64,000 nucleotides of DNA from a virus. This document shows positions 27,048 to 38,500 of the stretch, one piece after another. Under the pieces are notes generated by a model. It had not been told where the DNA came from and did no database searches. It worked only from the letters and a program-made list of their open reading frames with translations. The stretch covers positions 1 through 64,000 of the IMG/VR virus record IMGVR_UViG_3300031565_000014; one strand, given 5' to 3'. The stretch's first letter is position 1; every line of letters begins with the position of its first letter. A program made the position numbers and the translations under genes.

Positions 27048-28205
27048 ATGAGAGTATCAACAAATAAAACATCAAAAGAAACTTTATTTAATGTAGAAGT
27101 TCCTGAAAATAAGACTATTATTTCTTATGAGGATATGGATAACATTTGTCAAAAAGCTCTTAATGATGCAGGTTATAAGATTAAAAATACAGTATTTAGA
27201 TCAAGTGTAGTAAGTGATGCAGCTTATGCTATTCACTTTTTAGATAAAACAGGAGATTTTACACCTGTTTTAATTTGGTCTAATAATTATAACAAAAAAA
27301 CTAGAGCTTACTTGGCTATAGGTTTTTATGTAGAAGGAACAAACGGACATAACGTTGTTATTACAGAGTCATCTCATAATAACGCAAAAAATAGTGATGA
27401 TATTAAAAAAGATTATGAAGAAATTTTAGCTAAGTTAGTGCCTAATATAGAAAATATAGATTATATATCTAAAACAATGTACCTTAAAATGTCTAACATG
27501 TTTATGACAGACGAAGATTTTGGTGCTGAATTAGGTAAATTATTTATGAATAACACTCTTAAAGGTGAACAACTTACTCAAGCTAAAAAAGAATCTATTA
27601 AACCTGAGTATAATTATTCAGCAGCAATAGAGTCTGTTTGGGTAAAATTTAATTCTGTTTTAAAATCTATGAGTAAAACACATCCTCAAAATTATCTTTT
27701 AGATAATGAGTGGGTTGTTAATGTATTTGAAAATTACGAACCTGAAACTATTGTAAGTGAGTATAATACCTTAAGTGACGCTTCTGAATCTAATGAAATA
27801 CTATCTATTACTACTGAAGAAATGATAGATAACATAGAATTAGAAATTAAAGAAGAAAAAGAAATAGAAGAAGTTATTGATAAAAATCAGTTAACTATTT
27901 TAGACCAAATAGAAGATATGGAAGCTTCTGGTGAAATAGTAACAGAAGTTAAAGCAGAGGAAGTGGAAGAAGAAGATATCCCGGTTTGTCCTTCTCCGGA
28001 AGCTCAAGCTGAAGATAAAACTGAAGATATTATAGAATCTTCTGAAGAAGTAGTTGAAGAAACAATAGAAACACCTATTAATGTTTTTAACTTAGCAACT
28101 CAACCAGAAGAAGAAACATTAACAATGGAAGAGCCTATAGTTGAATCTATTGATGAAGAATTTACTTTAATAGAAGATGATTCTAGTGATGAATTTAGTA
28201 TATAA
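27048..28205 (+). CDS. DUF932-like N-terminal domain with long acidic tail
   Basis: LIWSNNYNK...AIGFYV resembles DUF932; the C-terminal ~150 aa are very Glu-rich. Confidence 0.5.
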   Translation: MRVSTNKTSKETLFNVEVPENKTIISYEDMDNICQKALNDAGYKIKNTVFRSSVVSDAAYAIHFLDKTGDFTPVLIWSNNYNKKTRAYLAIGFYVEGTNGHNVVITESSHNNAKNSDDIKKDYEEILAKLVPNIENIDYISKTMYLKMSNMFMTDEDFGAELGKLFMNNTLKGEQLTQAKKESIKPEYNYSAAIESVWVKFNSVLKSMSKTHPQNYLLDNEWVVNVFENYEPETIVSEYNTLSDASESNEILSITTEEMIDNIELEIKEEKEIEEVIDKNQLTILDQIEDMEASGEIVTEVKAEEVEEEDIPVCPSPEAQAEDKTEDIIESSEEVVEETIETPINVFNLATQPEEETLTMEEPIVESIDEEFTLIEDDSSDEFSI

Positions 28206-28210
28206 ACTAA

Positions 28211-28238
28211 GGAGGGAGTTACGGCTCCCTCTATATTT
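28211..28238 (+). terminator. Terminator-like hairpin
   Basis: GAGGGAG-TTACGG-CTCCCTC followed by a weak TATATTT tail. Confidence 0.55.
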
Positions 28239-28245
28239 ATAAATT

Positions 28246-28653
28246 ATGAGTGAAATAAACAATAATAATGATTACACAAAATTTTTAGTTGAAAAAATTA
28301 ATTCAATCGCTGAACAATCTAAAAATATTTTGGATAATCTTGAAGAAATTAAAGCTAAAGAGCACCTTATGTTTATAAGAGTTGGTAATGATGGTTTATT
28401 TAAAGGTAAAATGTCATGGAACAACTGGTATAATTGTGTTTACATAAATTATGATGTAAAAAGTGCTTGTATACTTAATAAAAGCAGTTTGTCTACTATT
28501 AACTTAGACAGACCATACCAAAGATTATTAGCTAATAAGAACACTTTAGAATTAATTCATGCTAAACATGCTGATGATAGAAGAGTGGGTCAAACTTTAT
28601 TAAATGGACTGGCCTTCAGTATTTATGGAGAAACTAATTATGAAATACTTTAA
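28246..28653 (+). CDS. Hypothetical protein
   Basis: 135-aa ORF. Confidence 0.65.
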   Translation: MSEINNNNDYTKFLVEKINSIAEQSKNILDNLEEIKAKEHLMFIRVGNDGLFKGKMSWNNWYNCVYINYDVKSACILNKSSLSTINLDRPYQRLLANKNTLELIHAKHADDRRVGQTLLNGLAFSIYGETNYEIL

Positions 28654-28655
28654 TT

Positions 28656-28826
28656 ATGAATGAACAAATTGAAGAAGAAATATCTAAAAATAAGTATGTA
28701 GATACTATAGAATTTTTAGAAAAAACAATGCCTAATGATGCTAACTTCGGTGCAGCTGTTAAGGCATTTATTAATAAACGTAGAAAGTTAATCGAGAAAT
28801 ACCAAAATGATAGAAATACTAAATAA
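28656..28826 (+). CDS. 56-aa hypothetical protein (below ORF-track cutoff)
   Basis: MNEQIEEEISKNKYVDTIEFLEKTMPNDANFGAAVKAFINKRRKLIEKYQNDRNTK* fills the gap between genes. Confidence 0.6.
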   Translation: MNEQIEEEISKNKYVDTIEFLEKTMPNDANFGAAVKAFINKRRKLIEKYQNDRNTK

Positions 28827-29193
28827 AGTTAAAGAGTTTAGTGATGCTACTAATCACAAATCATCTAGTGAAATCACTATTCCTAGATTTGACACATGTG
28901 AATTAAGGTTTAAACTTATGGCTGAAGAAAATCAAGAATATCTTCATGCTTGCGCTGATCGCAATATGATAGAAGTAGCTGACGCTCTTGGTGATATGCT
29001 TTACGTGTTAGCTGGTACAATACTAGCACACGGCATGCAAGACAAAGTTATTGAAGTTTTTGATGAAATACACCGATCAAATATGAGTAAGTTAGATGAA
29101 AACGGAAAACCTATTTATAGAGAGGACGGTAAAGTGTTGAAAGGTGATAATTATTTTAAACCAAATATTAGTAGTATAATTAATGGAAGATAG
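28807..29193 (+). CDS. MazG-like nucleoside triphosphate pyrophosphohydrolase
   Basis: EENQEY, EVADALGDMLYV, SNMSKL and REDGKVLKG motifs. Confidence 0.85.
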   Translation: MIEILNKVKEFSDATNHKSSSEITIPRFDTCELRFKLMAEENQEYLHACADRNMIEVADALGDMLYVLAGTILAHGMQDKVIEVFDEIHRSNMSKLDENGKPIYREDGKVLKGDNYFKPNISSIINGR

Positions 29194-29380
29194 TATAGTA
29201 GAGTCTGTTAGAGAAGACTTAAAACAAAGATCTGAAGTAGGTATTAAAAAATACGGAGTTACTTTAGATAGAGAAGACTTGTCTTTAAAAGACTGGTTAA
29301 ATCATGCATATGAGGAATCTCTCGATAAAGCCTTATATTTAAAAAGGGCAATTAAAGAACTTGAAACATTAAAGCGTTAA
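29183..29380 (+). CDS. Small all-alpha phage protein (NTP-PPase-like pattern)
   Basis: R...G.KKYG.TL......WL.HA.EE.LD...Y motif. Confidence 0.6.
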   Translation: MEDSIVESVREDLKQRSEVGIKKYGVTLDREDLSLKDWLNHAYEESLDKALYLKRAIKELETLKR

Positions 29381-29389
29381 ATAATAAAT

Positions 29390-29432
29390 AAAAAAGGGGG
29401 TGTACTAGTGTTAGTATTCCCCCCTTTTTTTT
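29390..29432. terminator. Bidirectional terminator between the convergent gene blocks
   Basis: A6-GGGGG-TGTACTA...TAGTATT-CCCCCC-T8. Confidence 0.88.
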
Positions 29433-29445
29433 ACGTAGTTGCTAA

Positions 29446-32400
29446 TTATCTCAGATTATCAAAAGTAGCCTGATCTCTAATACCCTTACCTGGATCAACA
29501 GCCTTACCTCTAAAGTAAAATGATTGTAATAAATGATTATAAAACTTAAAACTTTCTGCTTTCTGCCAAGCAAAAGGTCCTATATCTTTCTTATAATATG
29601 CTCTTTCGTCACCAATACCCCATCTAACTAAATCCTGAGTAAGCGTAAATAACTTATCTACAGTTGGTCCAAATATAACAGAAGTGTTATCTTTAAAGCT
29701 AAGCATTTGACTTATACCAGAAAGAGAAGGTGAGAAAGCTTCATTCTCACTTTTAACAAGCATTAATTGATAAATTACGTGAGCATGCATCCAGCCTCCC
29801 ATATTGAATGATGGTCTATTAGGATCATCAGATACCCAAGGTAGAGGTAATGGTCCTGATAAATTTCTCACTTTCTTAAATCTATCTTTATCATCATCGT
29901 CATAACCTAATAAGAACATAGATGCTGTAAGCAATCCTATAACAGCTAATTCTGCAGTTACAGCTTTAAGTGCTGATTTCTCTTCTTTAGTTAAACTATT
30001 TACTTGACCATTTCTTAAACCATTATACAATACAGCAAGGCCTACTAAAGCTTCTGCATAGTACCCTGTGTGCATATCGCCGTAAGCTAAATCAAACGTA
30101 CCACCTGCTTTTCTTTCTCCAGTAACTGCTGTAGATCCTAAAGCTTTCCAATAATTAGATATTTCAGGATCTACACTTGCACCATTAAGCCTTCTTCTAT
30201 ACATGGAATAAGCAAATTTTCTTAATGATATAAATGCTTTCCATCCTAAGTTTCTATCAACAAGTGGTTGTGAAAATTTAGAATAAGTACCTGCAGTACC
30301 TTCCAATATAGTCTGCATTTTAATTTTATATTCATTAAATTTTCTACCTCCTATAGCCCATTCTTTATCAACTATATTATCTTTTAATTGTATTTGACCA
30401 TCTTTAATTTCATAAGCGTCCTTAAGTTCTATTTTACTAATACTACCGTCTTCTTGAGTTTGCTCTACTTTCTGATTAATAAGTAAAGCTCCAAATAATT
30501 CAAAAGCACCTTCTTGTTCCATTAATTTTCTAAATGAAGTCATCCACGTTAAGTTAATAACGTCCCTTGTAGCGGAAGAAGTAGCGTATTCACCTAATTT
30601 AGATGAAAATCTATCTTCCATAAAATCAAATACTTCTAATAATTGAAAATTATAACTTTTAGCACCAACTTTGTATCTTTGTTTACTTATTTCAGTCATT
30701 AACTGCCAACCAAAAGCTTTACCTTTAATCATAGCAGTAGGGCTTACGTCTACACCGGCTATACCATTAATAAAATTATGATATGTTTGAGAAAATCTGT
30801 TTTTAATATCTGATGGAAAATTAAGACCTAAGTAAGATCTAGATGTTTCAGATATCATAGTATTAAGCGCCTTAATTAACCCAGGGTTATTAGCGCCCCA
30901 TCCTGCAACATTTTGCCCATAAAATTCTCTTTCTGTTAAAGCTTTAATCACTTTAGCTCTTGTAGTCTCACCTTTTTTATTGAATAATCCCCAAGCTCTT
31001 TTAGATTTTTTACCGCTAATTTCTGAAGATTCTTTAGCGTTAAGTTCATCTACAAGACTTACTAAAGATTGCGCAACAGGGTTGATCTTAATAAGTTCTT
31101 TTTGCTCATTAGCAGAATTCATATATTTTAGAGTAGACTGTATAACATCTAAAGATGTGATGTCTAAACCTATATTAAATGTACCTTTAATTACTAATGA
31201 TCTAGATGGGTTCATTTGTTCTGCTAAATTTAAAAACATGCCAACATCTTCTACATCGCTTAAATCATTAGGGTCAATATCATCTAAGTTTAAACCTGCT
31301 TCTTCAATATCATCTTTTTGAGCTTTAAACATCGCTGTAAACTGCTTACCTACAGTCTTAAGCTTAAGCTTTAAGTTTTCTAATTCATTTTTAGTAAAAT
31401 CTTTTGTCTGTAAAGTCTCAGTTTTATCTTTTCTAAATCTAGCTATTTCATTACCTAATTTAGCAGAATCTTCTAAGCCTTCTTGTGCTTTATAATGAGC
31501 TTTACGTAAAATTTCAAGAATCCTAAACATGTCAGGATCACTTTGTTTCATTTTTTCGTAATCTTTGTTGATGTACCTATCCCAACCTTCTAAAGACGTA
31601 TCCATGTCTTCAGCAGCTTTAGGTAGCCAATTACCCCACACATCTACTGTTTCACCTACTATACGTTTATTTTTATAATTTTCTTTAACTTCCCTAGTAA
31701 AGAATTCAAATATAGGTTGGCCAGGAATAGTCTCTATTGTATTACCTGATTCATCAAGTATTTTAATATTACTTAAATATTTAGAATTATTAGGTACGTT
31801 ATTACTCCATATAGAAGTTCTTAAATAAGCTGTAACCTCATTTTTATAAGAAATTCCTTCTATTTCCTCATCTTTTACTATTTTTTTACTAATATGAGAT
31901 CTTTCAAAAAATTCTTTAAACTCCTCACTTTGATTTATGTAATATCTATATATATTCTCACTAAGAAATTTGTCAGCATTAGCTTTAGATAAACTAGCTG
32001 TTTTTAAAGTAGATTTTAAGTGTTCACCATTATCTATATCGTGAATCCAAGTATTCATAATATCTATATAATCAGTAGATGCTTCTCTTGTTGTAATATT
32101 AGATATATTTTTAAATACTTTACCTATTGCTTTCCTTATACTTAAAGGAACTGGATTGTCTTCTTTTTTAGTGTTAAGTTCTTCTAATCTTGAAATATTT
32201 TCTTCAGTTAGATCTTCCTCCTCATATGAATTTAATATTGAATACTCTCTAGATTCAGCAGGTGTTAATCCTGATATACCTGGAATATTGTCTCTAAGAT
32301 CTAATATTTTTTGATCAACGTCTTTAACTTTAGTAATTAAAGTATCATTCATCTCAGAAGCCTTAACTTCACCGTTTTTATCTTTATTAGAAGTTTTTAT

Positions 32401-35400
32401 ACCTTGAATAATTTCTCTTAGTTCTTCTAGATTTTTAGGATCCTTTATACCAGCTTGTTCAAAAAGTTTAGATAATTCGTTATATTCTCTATTTAAATCT
32501 TCAAAATATTGATCATTAGGTGATTTTCTAGTATTTTTAGATATCCAATGTTCTCTTAATCTAGCGTATTCCTCTTTCCCTTCATCTGTTGAGAGATCAT
32601 AAGAAGTCTCTAAAAACTTTTCATATTCCTGAAGAGCTGTTTGAAAAGCTCCTTCTTTTTCAGTATACTTATAAAAAACATTATTAGAATTTCTATATTT
32701 AATAAGAGCCTTAGCTTCTGCTAGTGCTACACCTGTTTTTTTATTACCATACTCGTCTACTGTAGAATATAATCTTCTATATTCTTTCCATAAAACATTA
32801 ATAAGATCTAGTTCTTTTTGTTTTTCACTAGGATCTTCTTCTTTCTCACTTCTGTCAGTATACTCTTGAATTTTCTCAAGTATTTCAGATCTTTTAATAA
32901 AAGCATCTTTACCAATATTATATATTACACCATCAATAGTTTCAGTAGTTTCTAATAAAACTTTCTTAGGTGCATAAAACTCTTTAACATATGGTTGTTG
33001 GAAAAAGTTTAATTTATGTTGCTCTAAAGCAGCTCTTGCATCTAAATATTCTCTATAAGCACTTTCTTCATTAGTTTCTTGCCATTTAGTTCTAGCTTGG
33101 AAAGCTTCATACTTAAGCTTTTCTAAACCTGTTTTATGATCTTTATATTTATCTAAAAAAGCATATACTTTTCTTTCTTCTAACTCACCAGCTTCGTTTC
33201 TAAATAATTTTGTAGCTTCATAAGTTATAGCTTGACCTATTTGATCTACTCTATCAAAATGTCTATTAGTTCTTACTTTTTCTAATAATGGAGCAAGTTC
33301 TTCTAAAATTTGATTTTGCTCTCTTTGCGTTTTAAGAGCTGCATCACTTTTAGATAGTTTAATTAATTTTGCGTAACCTGATATTAATGGGTCCTGTGAA
33401 TTCATAGGAGATGTTAACCAAGAAAGCATGTTTGAGTCTTTAGACTTATTAGCTAAAATATCAGCAATCTTTTTAGCGTGATTTTCAATAGTTTTTATTT
33501 CATTCTCTAATTTTTTAATCTCACTATCTCTATTTACTTTTGAATTAGCGCTTTCATTTTTAAGTTCTTTTATACGTTCTTTTCTATCATTGATTAATTC
33601 ATCTCTTAAGCTTTTAGATTGATCTATTATAACAGAGCTAACACCTTTTTGTTGTATTTTTTTTATGTGAGAGTCTACTGATTTTAATTTACCTTGTATA
33701 ACACCTAATAAATCCATTATACCTGAATTATTAGGGAAGCCTTGTTCTGTGAGTATTTCGTTGACGCTTGTTACAAAAGTTTCATAAGACTTAATAGTTT
33801 GATAAGTAGCCATTGCTAATTGTAAGTCGGATAACTCAATTGTAGCTTGTTTTGTTAAATCAAAGAGTCTAGGAACCATAGCTTCTAACATAGTTTTAGT
33901 TTCCTCTAAACTACTTACTATAGCTTTAGTTCTTTCATGAGTTAACGCTTCTGTTGACTCAACTTTACTACGTATTTCATCATAATTATTATGAGTAATA
34001 GTTTCGTATTTACCTAACACACTAGCCATTTTCTGTAATGGATTATCACCGTATACAGTAGCTAAAAGCTCATTAAGACCTTTTATGTCTTTATTCTTCT
34101 TTAACTCTCTTAATTGAGAAGAAGTATGTGTATAAAAAGCATCAAGCATTTGTAAAACATCAGAATTATCTAAGTTTTTAGCTAAGTCTTCAGCTAATTT
34201 ATTAGATTCATCTATGGACATACGCTTATATGCAACATAGTCAGCTTTAGTTATTTCTATAGGCTCTATTCTAACATATTTAGATTTTAATATTTTAGCT
34301 AAATCTTTTACTGATGTATTTAAACCTAATTTAGAAACTGTAACATTTTTACCAAATACTCTTCTAAGCATTTGTCTAATATTATAAATTATCTTCTTAA
34401 TTAAAGAAGTAAATTCAGGAGTATTATTATCTAATAAAGATTCTTCTAAAGATTTGACTAAAGCTTCATCTGTTACAGCTGGGTCATTAATATCACTATT
34501 ATATTCTTCAGCAGATTCTTTTAATAAACGAGCCCCTTTTTCAGTAGAAGCTAACTCTGCAATTAGTTTATCATAAAGAGGTTTGTTTTCATTTCTAAGA
34601 GCTGTTACAAAAGGATGAGAGAATTCGTGAAATACTGTAGACATATTCATCTGTCCTTCTACAAAGTGAACAACACCATTATAATAAAAAGCTGGTTGAC
34701 CATTGTATGGATTTTTAGCATTTTTAGTAATTTGATAAGCTTGCGTCGCACTAACTACAGAATAAGGTACCCCTAGTTTTTCTGATAATCTATCAGCAAC
34801 AGCTCTAACTATTTCTAAAGAATTTTGAGATTCTACTTCAAAAGAATTAGATATAGACTCCATTGTACTAATAGATTCTATTTCACTAATTATTCTATCA
34901 GCATCCACTAAAGGGTCAGAAGATTCAACTTGTTGCTTTAGTGGGCTTTTTTTTGACGTAGTTTCTGAAGATTTACTAACTATTAATATGTTATTAGGAT
35001 TAAATATAACATTCTGCTTTATACCGATACCTTCCTTATCATTAGTATGGAGCTCAACTGAATCAGCCTTAGTTGTATTTATAATATTACTCTCATATTT
35101 ACGTAACGCACTTAACTGTGAAGGTTTAGCCAACATCTCAGGAGTAGGTTCTGTTCTATCAATAGTCTGAGCTTTTAAAAATACAGGAATAACATTAACC
35201 CCATATTTTTTAGCATGACTATATTCTTGTGAAAAAAACATACCGTTTTCTATGTCATGAGCATTGTATCTTTTTTTAGAAGGATCGAATTTATCAAAAG
35301 TACCGTTTGTACCATGAAAAAATAAAATAGGCTCACCATTAACATCTAGATACTTAGATGCTAACCCTGGTTGATTATCCCAGTCCCCGTACCATGACTT

Positions 35401-35556
35401 AAAAGAATTAGTATGAACTTGTGCATAAAATGCAAAAGCTTCATCATTAGATACCCCTAAACTTTTAAATTTTTCAAATAATAAACTAGGTTCCCCGTTT
35501 TTAGCATTAACACCTGTTAAATTACCCTGATTATCTCTAACTAAAGTACAACTCAT
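29446..35556 (-). CDS. Giant polyvalent virion cargo protein: N-terminal ART-PolyVal-like domain, zincin HEFSH, C-terminal TM
   Basis: FKSWYGDW...NGEPILFFHGT...GMFFS...A..YG..VIPVFL; TVFHEFSHP; long helical body; downstream of the vRNAP gene. Confidence 0.75.
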   Translation of the reverse strand: MSCTLVRDNQGNLTGVNAKNGEPSLLFEKFKSLGVSNDEAFAFYAQVHTNSFKSWYGDWDNQPGLASKYLDVNGEPILFFHGTNGTFDKFDPSKKRYNAHDIENGMFFSQEYSHAKKYGVNVIPVFLKAQTIDRTEPTPEMLAKPSQLSALRKYESNIINTTKADSVELHTNDKEGIGIKQNVIFNPNNILIVSKSSETTSKKSPLKQQVESSDPLVDADRIISEIESISTMESISNSFEVESQNSLEIVRAVADRLSEKLGVPYSVVSATQAYQITKNAKNPYNGQPAFYYNGVVHFVEGQMNMSTVFHEFSHPFVTALRNENKPLYDKLIAELASTEKGARLLKESAEEYNSDINDPAVTDEALVKSLEESLLDNNTPEFTSLIKKIIYNIRQMLRRVFGKNVTVSKLGLNTSVKDLAKILKSKYVRIEPIEITKADYVAYKRMSIDESNKLAEDLAKNLDNSDVLQMLDAFYTHTSSQLRELKKNKDIKGLNELLATVYGDNPLQKMASVLGKYETITHNNYDEIRSKVESTEALTHERTKAIVSSLEETKTMLEAMVPRLFDLTKQATIELSDLQLAMATYQTIKSYETFVTSVNEILTEQGFPNNSGIMDLLGVIQGKLKSVDSHIKKIQQKGVSSVIIDQSKSLRDELINDRKERIKELKNESANSKVNRDSEIKKLENEIKTIENHAKKIADILANKSKDSNMLSWLTSPMNSQDPLISGYAKLIKLSKSDAALKTQREQNQILEELAPLLEKVRTNRHFDRVDQIGQAITYEATKLFRNEAGELEERKVYAFLDKYKDHKTGLEKLKYEAFQARTKWQETNEESAYREYLDARAALEQHKLNFFQQPYVKEFYAPKKVLLETTETIDGVIYNIGKDAFIKRSEILEKIQEYTDRSEKEEDPSEKQKELDLINVLWKEYRRLYSTVDEYGNKKTGVALAEAKALIKYRNSNNVFYKYTEKEGAFQTALQEYEKFLETSYDLSTDEGKEEYARLREHWISKNTRKSPNDQYFEDLNREYNELSKLFEQAGIKDPKNLEELREIIQGIKTSNKDKNGEVKASEMNDTLITKVKDVDQKILDLRDNIPGISGLTPAESREYSILNSYEEEDLTEENISRLEELNTKKEDNPVPLSIRKAIGKVFKNISNITTREASTDYIDIMNTWIHDIDNGEHLKSTLKTASLSKANADKFLSENIYRYYINQSEEFKEFFERSHISKKIVKDEEIEGISYKNEVTAYLRTSIWSNNVPNNSKYLSNIKILDESGNTIETIPGQPIFEFFTREVKENYKNKRIVGETVDVWGNWLPKAAEDMDTSLEGWDRYINKDYEKMKQSDPDMFRILEILRKAHYKAQEGLEDSAKLGNEIARFRKDKTETLQTKDFTKNELENLKLKLKTVGKQFTAMFKAQKDDIEEAGLNLDDIDPNDLSDVEDVGMFLNLAEQMNPSRSLVIKGTFNIGLDITSLDVIQSTLKYMNSANEQKELIKINPVAQSLVSLVDELNAKESSEISGKKSKRAWGLFNKKGETTRAKVIKALTEREFYGQNVAGWGANNPGLIKALNTMISETSRSYLGLNFPSDIKNRFSQTYHNFINGIAGVDVSPTAMIKGKAFGWQLMTEISKQRYKVGAKSYNFQLLEVFDFMEDRFSSKLGEYATSSATRDVINLTWMTSFRKLMEQEGAFELFGALLINQKVEQTQEDGSISKIELKDAYEIKDGQIQLKDNIVDKEWAIGGRKFNEYKIKMQTILEGTAGTYSKFSQPLVDRNLGWKAFISLRKFAYSMYRRRLNGASVDPEISNYWKALGSTAVTGERKAGGTFDLAYGDMHTGYYAEALVGLAVLYNGLRNGQVNSLTKEEKSALKAVTAELAVIGLLTASMFLLGYDDDDKDRFKKVRNLSGPLPLPWVSDDPNRPSFNMGGWMHAHVIYQLMLVKSENEAFSPSLSGISQMLSFKDNTSVIFGPTVDKLFTLTQDLVRWGIGDERAYYKKDIGPFAWQKAESFKFYNHLLQSFYFRGKAVDPGKGIRDQATFDNLR

Positions 35557-38500
35557 TATTTTTTACAATTATTTAAACTATCCATAGCATCCTGTATTTC
35601 ATTCTGTATACCTTTTTGAATAACTTCATCAGATATTTCTCTTGGTAGAATATTAGGCATGACCTCTTTAGTTTCATTAGAGGGGTCATTAGATAATCTA
35701 AAGTTTTCTGCAAGTTGCTCATTAAGGTATTTATATGTTTTAGGAGCACTATTTTTCAAAGATACTCCATAATTTTCAAAAAATGACACAGGATTACCTT
35801 TTTCTGTTAATTCTTTTAAGTCACTTACGATATTATCAATTAATGTTTTGTTATAATCAAAATTTTCTTCACCTAAAGATTCTCCCATATTTTTAATATG
35901 CATCGGGTAAGTATTATTAAAACTAGTAGCTTCTTCTGTTACAAATGTAGTACTTTGGTTGTTTTTAATAATTTGTTCGTCTGTTACTTTATCAACCTCA
36001 GTAGCTTGTTGTTTTGGTTTATTGACAAAATCTTTAAATCCTTCTATATCTTGTCTTCCTGTAGCATTAACATACTCTTGAAACTTTTCTTGAGCTTCTT
36101 GTTTTTGTTGTGGGGTTATTTCTTGACTTAAACTTGTACTTGTAAGTTGAGGAGGTGATACTTCTGTTCTTTGTTTAATTTCATAATAAGCTTCCTTAAT
36201 ACTTTCAACTTTTCTAGCATTTTGATCTAAAGCTGATATAGAGCTTCCTCTTTCAAAAGAAGATACAACCATAGATTTAAAAGCCATTGCTCTTGATAAA
36301 TTTTTTATATTTTCATCAAGTTTTTCTGGTGTAAGATTTTTATACCAGTCAATAATGCTACCTTCTTCATCTGCTAATAAATTATTTGCAAACCAAAGGT
36401 CACTACCAGCACCTGTAAATGATCCAATAATACCAGAAATAAAACTATCCCAGTTTGTATATTTTTCTTTATCTTCTTTATTTAATTCTGGATATTTTTC
36501 TTTATTAAAATCAAAATAAGGTTTTCCATATTGTGAAGTATAAAACTTTATATTGTTATAGTACGCCCAATTACTTAATAATGCTTTTTCATCATCAGGT
36601 AAAGACTTTAATATTTCTTTCCAATATTTTTCTTTAATAGAGCGAGGTATATTTCTTGCTATATCTTTAGATATAGCTTCTTTTAATTCTCCTTTATTTT
36701 TAGGATAGCCATCTTTTCCTTGTAAAAAAAAGAAATTATCCATTGAAGAAGTTTGTAATTTTTTACCCCAAAGAGAACCCTTAAATACATCTACTTCATA
36801 ACCAGTTATTGTAGATAAATCTACTGTAGCATTATCCATTGCCTTTGCTACAAGTTCTACCATATCATCAATATATTCCTCTTTGGTAGGAAAATATTTA
36901 CTTAATCTAATAACAGCTTCATTGGATCCACTTATATCAAAATCTTTACTTTTTAATATTCCAATGGTTATTAAAGCTTTACCATTAGCATAGACTTCCT
37001 CAACTTCTTCGTTTTTAAATTTTCTTCCTTCTCTCTCAAAATCTAAGTGAGCTTTTTCATGTTCAACTAAAAATCTAACAAGTTGTTCTTTGGAACCATT
37101 GACTAGCCTATCATAAACATTTAAGTTTTTAAGAACAGTATTAAGAATAGGAAGTTGGTTATCTAAAACTTCTTTGTTAGAGTATTTATCTAATAATTCT
37201 TTGTTGATATAAACTTGTCCATCAACTACACCTGCAAATATTTCTTTACCTTGTGTATTATATATTTTTCCTATTTTATAATCTAAAACACTAGGAAGAT
37301 TAGATTTAAACCCAGCAGCTTCATATACTTCATTAGCTAATTCAGGAGTAGATTCAAATAGTTCTGCTTTAGGTACAGAATTCTCAACCTCTTCAGTAAA
37401 ATCTGGTCTTACTATCTGAAATGCATTTTCTACAGCTAAAGGTACTACAGTATAGTTATTGTTATCTTCTACTAGTGTTGTAGGTATACTTTCAACTTCT
37501 GCTGTACTTAAAGCTTCAAGAGCTCTTTGATTAATTACAGATTCATAATGGCCTAACGTAGATCCTGGAAATTCATTATCAAAATCTTTTCTTGTGTATA
37601 AAGTATGTTGATATTCATGCTCTATTACAAAATTTTGCCATTCTTCATAAGTTGTAAAAGTATCTGGGGCTAGAGCATCTGCTTTAGAATTTATTTTTTC
37701 ACCATGAATAGTCTCAAATAAGTTTCTAGGACTAGTCCAAGCTTTTTTACTAAAACCCTCTAGTAAAAGTTCTTTATCTAATAATATAACTCCTTCACTA
37801 TATTTAGCAGCAATTCTAGTATTTTGTTTACTTCTAATATTGTTAGAGTATTTCACTGGAACACCTTTATATGCTGATATTTCTATTACGTTAATTTGTG
37901 AAATATGATCATCTTTTTCATTAGGAACAGTGTAATCTTGTATTTTATATCTTATCTTGTTATCAACACGATTAACTTTATTAAATTTAGCTGTGTAACT
38001 ATTTAATATCTTAGTAGTAACTTTAACATCATTAATTTGATTACTTAACATTTGTACAAAATCTCCTTGAGGCATGTATCTCAAAATAGAATTCATACTT
38101 TTAGTATTATGACCTGATTGTAAAAAAGCATACATAGGTAATTTTGTGAAAAAATCTCTAACAAAAATATCTTTATGGTTTTGAAGTTCTTTAATATTTT
38201 CACTAACTCTTTCAACTAATTCACCTTTTGGTTTAGAAGTTATAGGTCCTATATTTTTTACATCACTATTTAAAGTAGGTAACTCTTTAAATTGTGTAAA
38301 TACAGCATATTCTTCTGCTAACTCAGGATACATTTTTGTTATTCTTAAAAACTGATCAGCAACAGTATTTGTTTTAGATGAAAATAAACTATTAATATTA
38401 AAGATATTACTTAACGCCATATCTCTAATTATTCTCTCATATGTTAATAAGTTAATTTTATTTTCAATATTATCTCCTGGTAGTAAATGTAAAAAATTAT

